From a virus (taxonomy: Duplodnaviria; Heunggongvirae; Uroviricota; Caudoviricetes), in IMG/VR virus record IMGVR_UViG_3300029705_000015: DNA of 64,000 nucleotides; one strand, 5' to 3'. The notes below the pieces were generated by a model, which saw only the letters and a program-made list of their open reading frames with translations, did no database searches and was not told the origin of the DNA. Of the stretch, positions 62,187-64,000 are shown one piece after another. Numbering within the stretch: position 1 is the first letter of the stretch; the number at the start of each line of letters is the position of its first letter. Both the position numbers and the translations under genes were made by a program.

Positions 62187-62480
62187 ATGACAAACTTATC
62201 CGAGCGTACTGGAGCATTTTCCGCAGCACTTGTTTCTCGTCAATCAGAAATTGATGCCTGTACTACTGCACAAGAAGTACGAGATGTGGTCATGAGTATT
62301 GTTAAGACTGACACTTCTTTGAAGAAGTCTGCTGTTGAGTATGGAAACAAGATACTGATCAAGCTTAGTAGGGTACAAGATCTAAGTACTGCTTGGCAGA
62401 TAGTTTATAATGTTATCCTTGCGGGCGATAACTGTGGCTGCTTCTGGTCTACTGCAGCTGCTGCAAGAAAGCGCGCATAA
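62187..62480 (+). CDS. Hypothetical protein
   Basis: Own translation, 97 aa, SD gaaggt. Confidence 0.65.
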   Translation: MTNLSERTGAFSAALVSRQSEIDACTTAQEVRDVVMSIVKTDTSLKKSAVEYGNKILIKLSRVQDLSTAWQIVYNVILAGDNCGCFWSTAAAARKRA

Positions 62481-62528
62481 AGAATTTTTTACATACTAAG
62501 AATATGAATAAGAGAAGAGGTGAAGAAA

Positions 62529-63356
62529 ATGGCATTCAAAGACCCTTTGGGTGATAGAATGAAACACAACTACGAGGATAGAGCAAAAACATACTTAACT
62601 CGTAGAACTCCTGTTATCATCAGAATAGATGGTAAAGCGTTCCATTCATTTACTCGAGGATTCTCAAGACCTTATGACCGTGTATTTCACAGAGCAATGA
62701 ATGAGACTTTGTTATATCTGTGTCAGAATATTCAGGGTTGTAAGTTCGGTTATACACAGTCTGATGAAATCAGTCTGCTGTTAACTGATTATGACAAGCT
62801 GACTACTGATGGTTGGTTTGACTACAGTGTTGAGAAGATGTGTTCAATTGCTGCAAGTATGGCAACTCTTGCATTCAATCGAGCATTTGTAAATGAGTGC
62901 AATGAGTGGGCTGAAAACAGCGGCTTATTCGTTGTTGACGAACAGAGTGAATTCGGCATCTCTCACGAGGAAGTCGATGATCTTTTCAAGGCTTATACCA
63001 AAGCCTGTGAAAGAGGAGCGTTGTTCGATGCTCGAGTCTTCAACATTCCTGAGGATGAGGTAGTTAACTGTTTCATCTGGCGTCAGAACGATGCTACAAG
63101 AAATGCTGTTCAGATGCTGGGTCAGACCTATTTCAGTCATAAACAGCTTGAAGGTAAGTCACAAAGTGACATTCAGGACATGCTCATGGCTGAGTACAAT
63201 ATCAATTTCAATGATATGGAAGTTGAGTTCAAGCGTGGTGTGTGCTGTGCTCGTAATGAGGACAGAAAGTGGCAGCTCGATTGGAGTTGCCCAATCTTTA
63301 GTCAAAATCGTTACTATGTTGAAAAACATGTGTACACGAAAGAATACAAAAACTAA
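62529..63356 (+). CDS. Thg1-like tRNA(His) guanylyltransferase / 3'-5' polymerase
   Basis: Own translation: LGDRMK, RIDGKAFH, YTQSDEIS, FDARV, WRQ.DA.RN, KRG. Confidence 0.92.
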   Translation: MAFKDPLGDRMKHNYEDRAKTYLTRRTPVIIRIDGKAFHSFTRGFSRPYDRVFHRAMNETLLYLCQNIQGCKFGYTQSDEISLLLTDYDKLTTDGWFDYSVEKMCSIAASMATLAFNRAFVNECNEWAENSGLFVVDEQSEFGISHEEVDDLFKAYTKACERGALFDARVFNIPEDEVVNCFIWRQNDATRNAVQMLGQTYFSHKQLEGKSQSDIQDMLMAEYNINFNDMEVEFKRGVCCARNEDRKWQLDWSCPIFSQNRYYVEKHVYTKEYKN

Positions 63357-63365
63357 CAAGGAGAA

Positions 63366-64000
63366 ATGAAAATGGATTTTACAAATTGCTTCAATGGTAT
63401 GTTTGGTAAGCTGGGCGCAGGTATGTGCCGTCTGACAATGAACGGTCGTATTGCCGTTAAGACCTCTGGTGGCTACAAGAGCTACAATGTCAAGACCGGT
63501 AAGCTGACCAACTGCTCCAACTTCGTGTTCAATATTGGTGATGATTTCTTCTTCATCATCCCGACCAATCGTGTTGATGTTGGTGACATTATCCTGGTAA
63601 AGGGCACTCCTCGTTGTGTCATCGAGGTGGACAAGAAGACCCTGAAGGTTATGAACTACGAGGATATGACTATCGACACCCTGGTTCCTGAGCGTCATGT
63701 ATTCATGGGCAATACTTACTTCTATGGTAAGGTTGTAAGCCTGATGGGTACCAATGCAAGCAAGGGCAAGAGTGGTATGAAGCAGATGATGCAGTTCATG
63801 ATGATGAGTCAGATGATGGGCGGCAGCTCCAACGGTGGCCTCAATATGAACGGCAATAATATGCTGCCCATGATGCTGATGATGAACGGTGGCGGTGGCA
63901 GCTTGTTCGATGGTATGCTGGATGGCATGTTCGATTTCACTGCTGATGAAGATAACACCACTGAGCCTGATATGGCTCCCGACGAGGATGAGGAGGACGA
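63366..64000 (+). CDS. Hypothetical protein with Met/Gly-rich and acidic C-terminal region, 3'-truncated
   Basis: Own translation: MQFMMMSQMMGG...MLPMMLMMNGGGG...DEDEED; open to window end. Confidence 0.75.
   Translation, partial: MKMDFTNCFNGMFGKLGAGMCRLTMNGRIAVKTSGGYKSYNVKTGKLTNCSNFVFNIGDDFFFIIPTNRVDVGDIILVKGTPRCVIEVDKKTLKVMNYEDMTIDTLVPERHVFMGNTYFYGKVVSLMGTNASKGKSGMKQMMQFMMMSQMMGGSSNGGLNMNGNNMLPMMLMMNGGGGSLFDGMLDGMFDFTADEDNTTEPDMAPDEDEED

Noticed and set aside
1-64000. CRISPR array, tRNA genes, integrase/IS elements
   Set aside because: No regularly spaced direct repeats, cloverleaf with TTC loop, or transposase/integrase motifs were seen in the gaps inspected by eye. A tRNAscan run would be needed to fully exclude tRNAs.

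Overview
A 64 kb segment of a large dsDNA bacteriophage genome. A gut Firmicutes/Clostridia host is inferred from strong SD sites, sigmaA-type promoters and recU/thyX/class III RNR. About 95 genes all lie on the + strand and use standard code 11. No structural module, integrase, tRNA or CRISPR is visible. 1-30 kb is a replication/recombination module: SNF2 helicase, initiator, DnaC-like loader, DnaB, DnaG, SSB, family A polymerase, beta clamp, RecU, RecA, complete gamma/delta'/delta clamp loader and SbcCD-like nuclease. 30-41 kb covers nucleotide metabolism and DNA processing (nrdH-nrdD-nrdG-FTR, LigA, RecJ). 41-64 kb is an accessory/early region of small genes plus RNA-repair and translation-related genes (Rnl2-like ligase, Pnk-HD, Thg1, bS21, ThyX, NADAR). 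The standout is a cassette inserted between polA and the clamp (10.9-15.4 kb). It comprises a candidate preQ1-I riboswitch, a YhhQ/VUT queuosine-precursor transporter, a small membrane protein, an unknown gene, a DpdA-like DNA transglycosylase, an SDR oxidoreductase and a GT2-like glycosyltransferase. The DpdA-like and GT2-like proteins share a C-terminal KVDL[W/F] clamp-binding-like motif. Together these suggest a salvage-fed, replication-coupled and possibly glycosylated 7-deazaguanine DNA modification. About 18 near-identical AGTTGA-N-TATAAT promoters punctuate the window. All family assignments come from motif recognition by eye, not from database searches.
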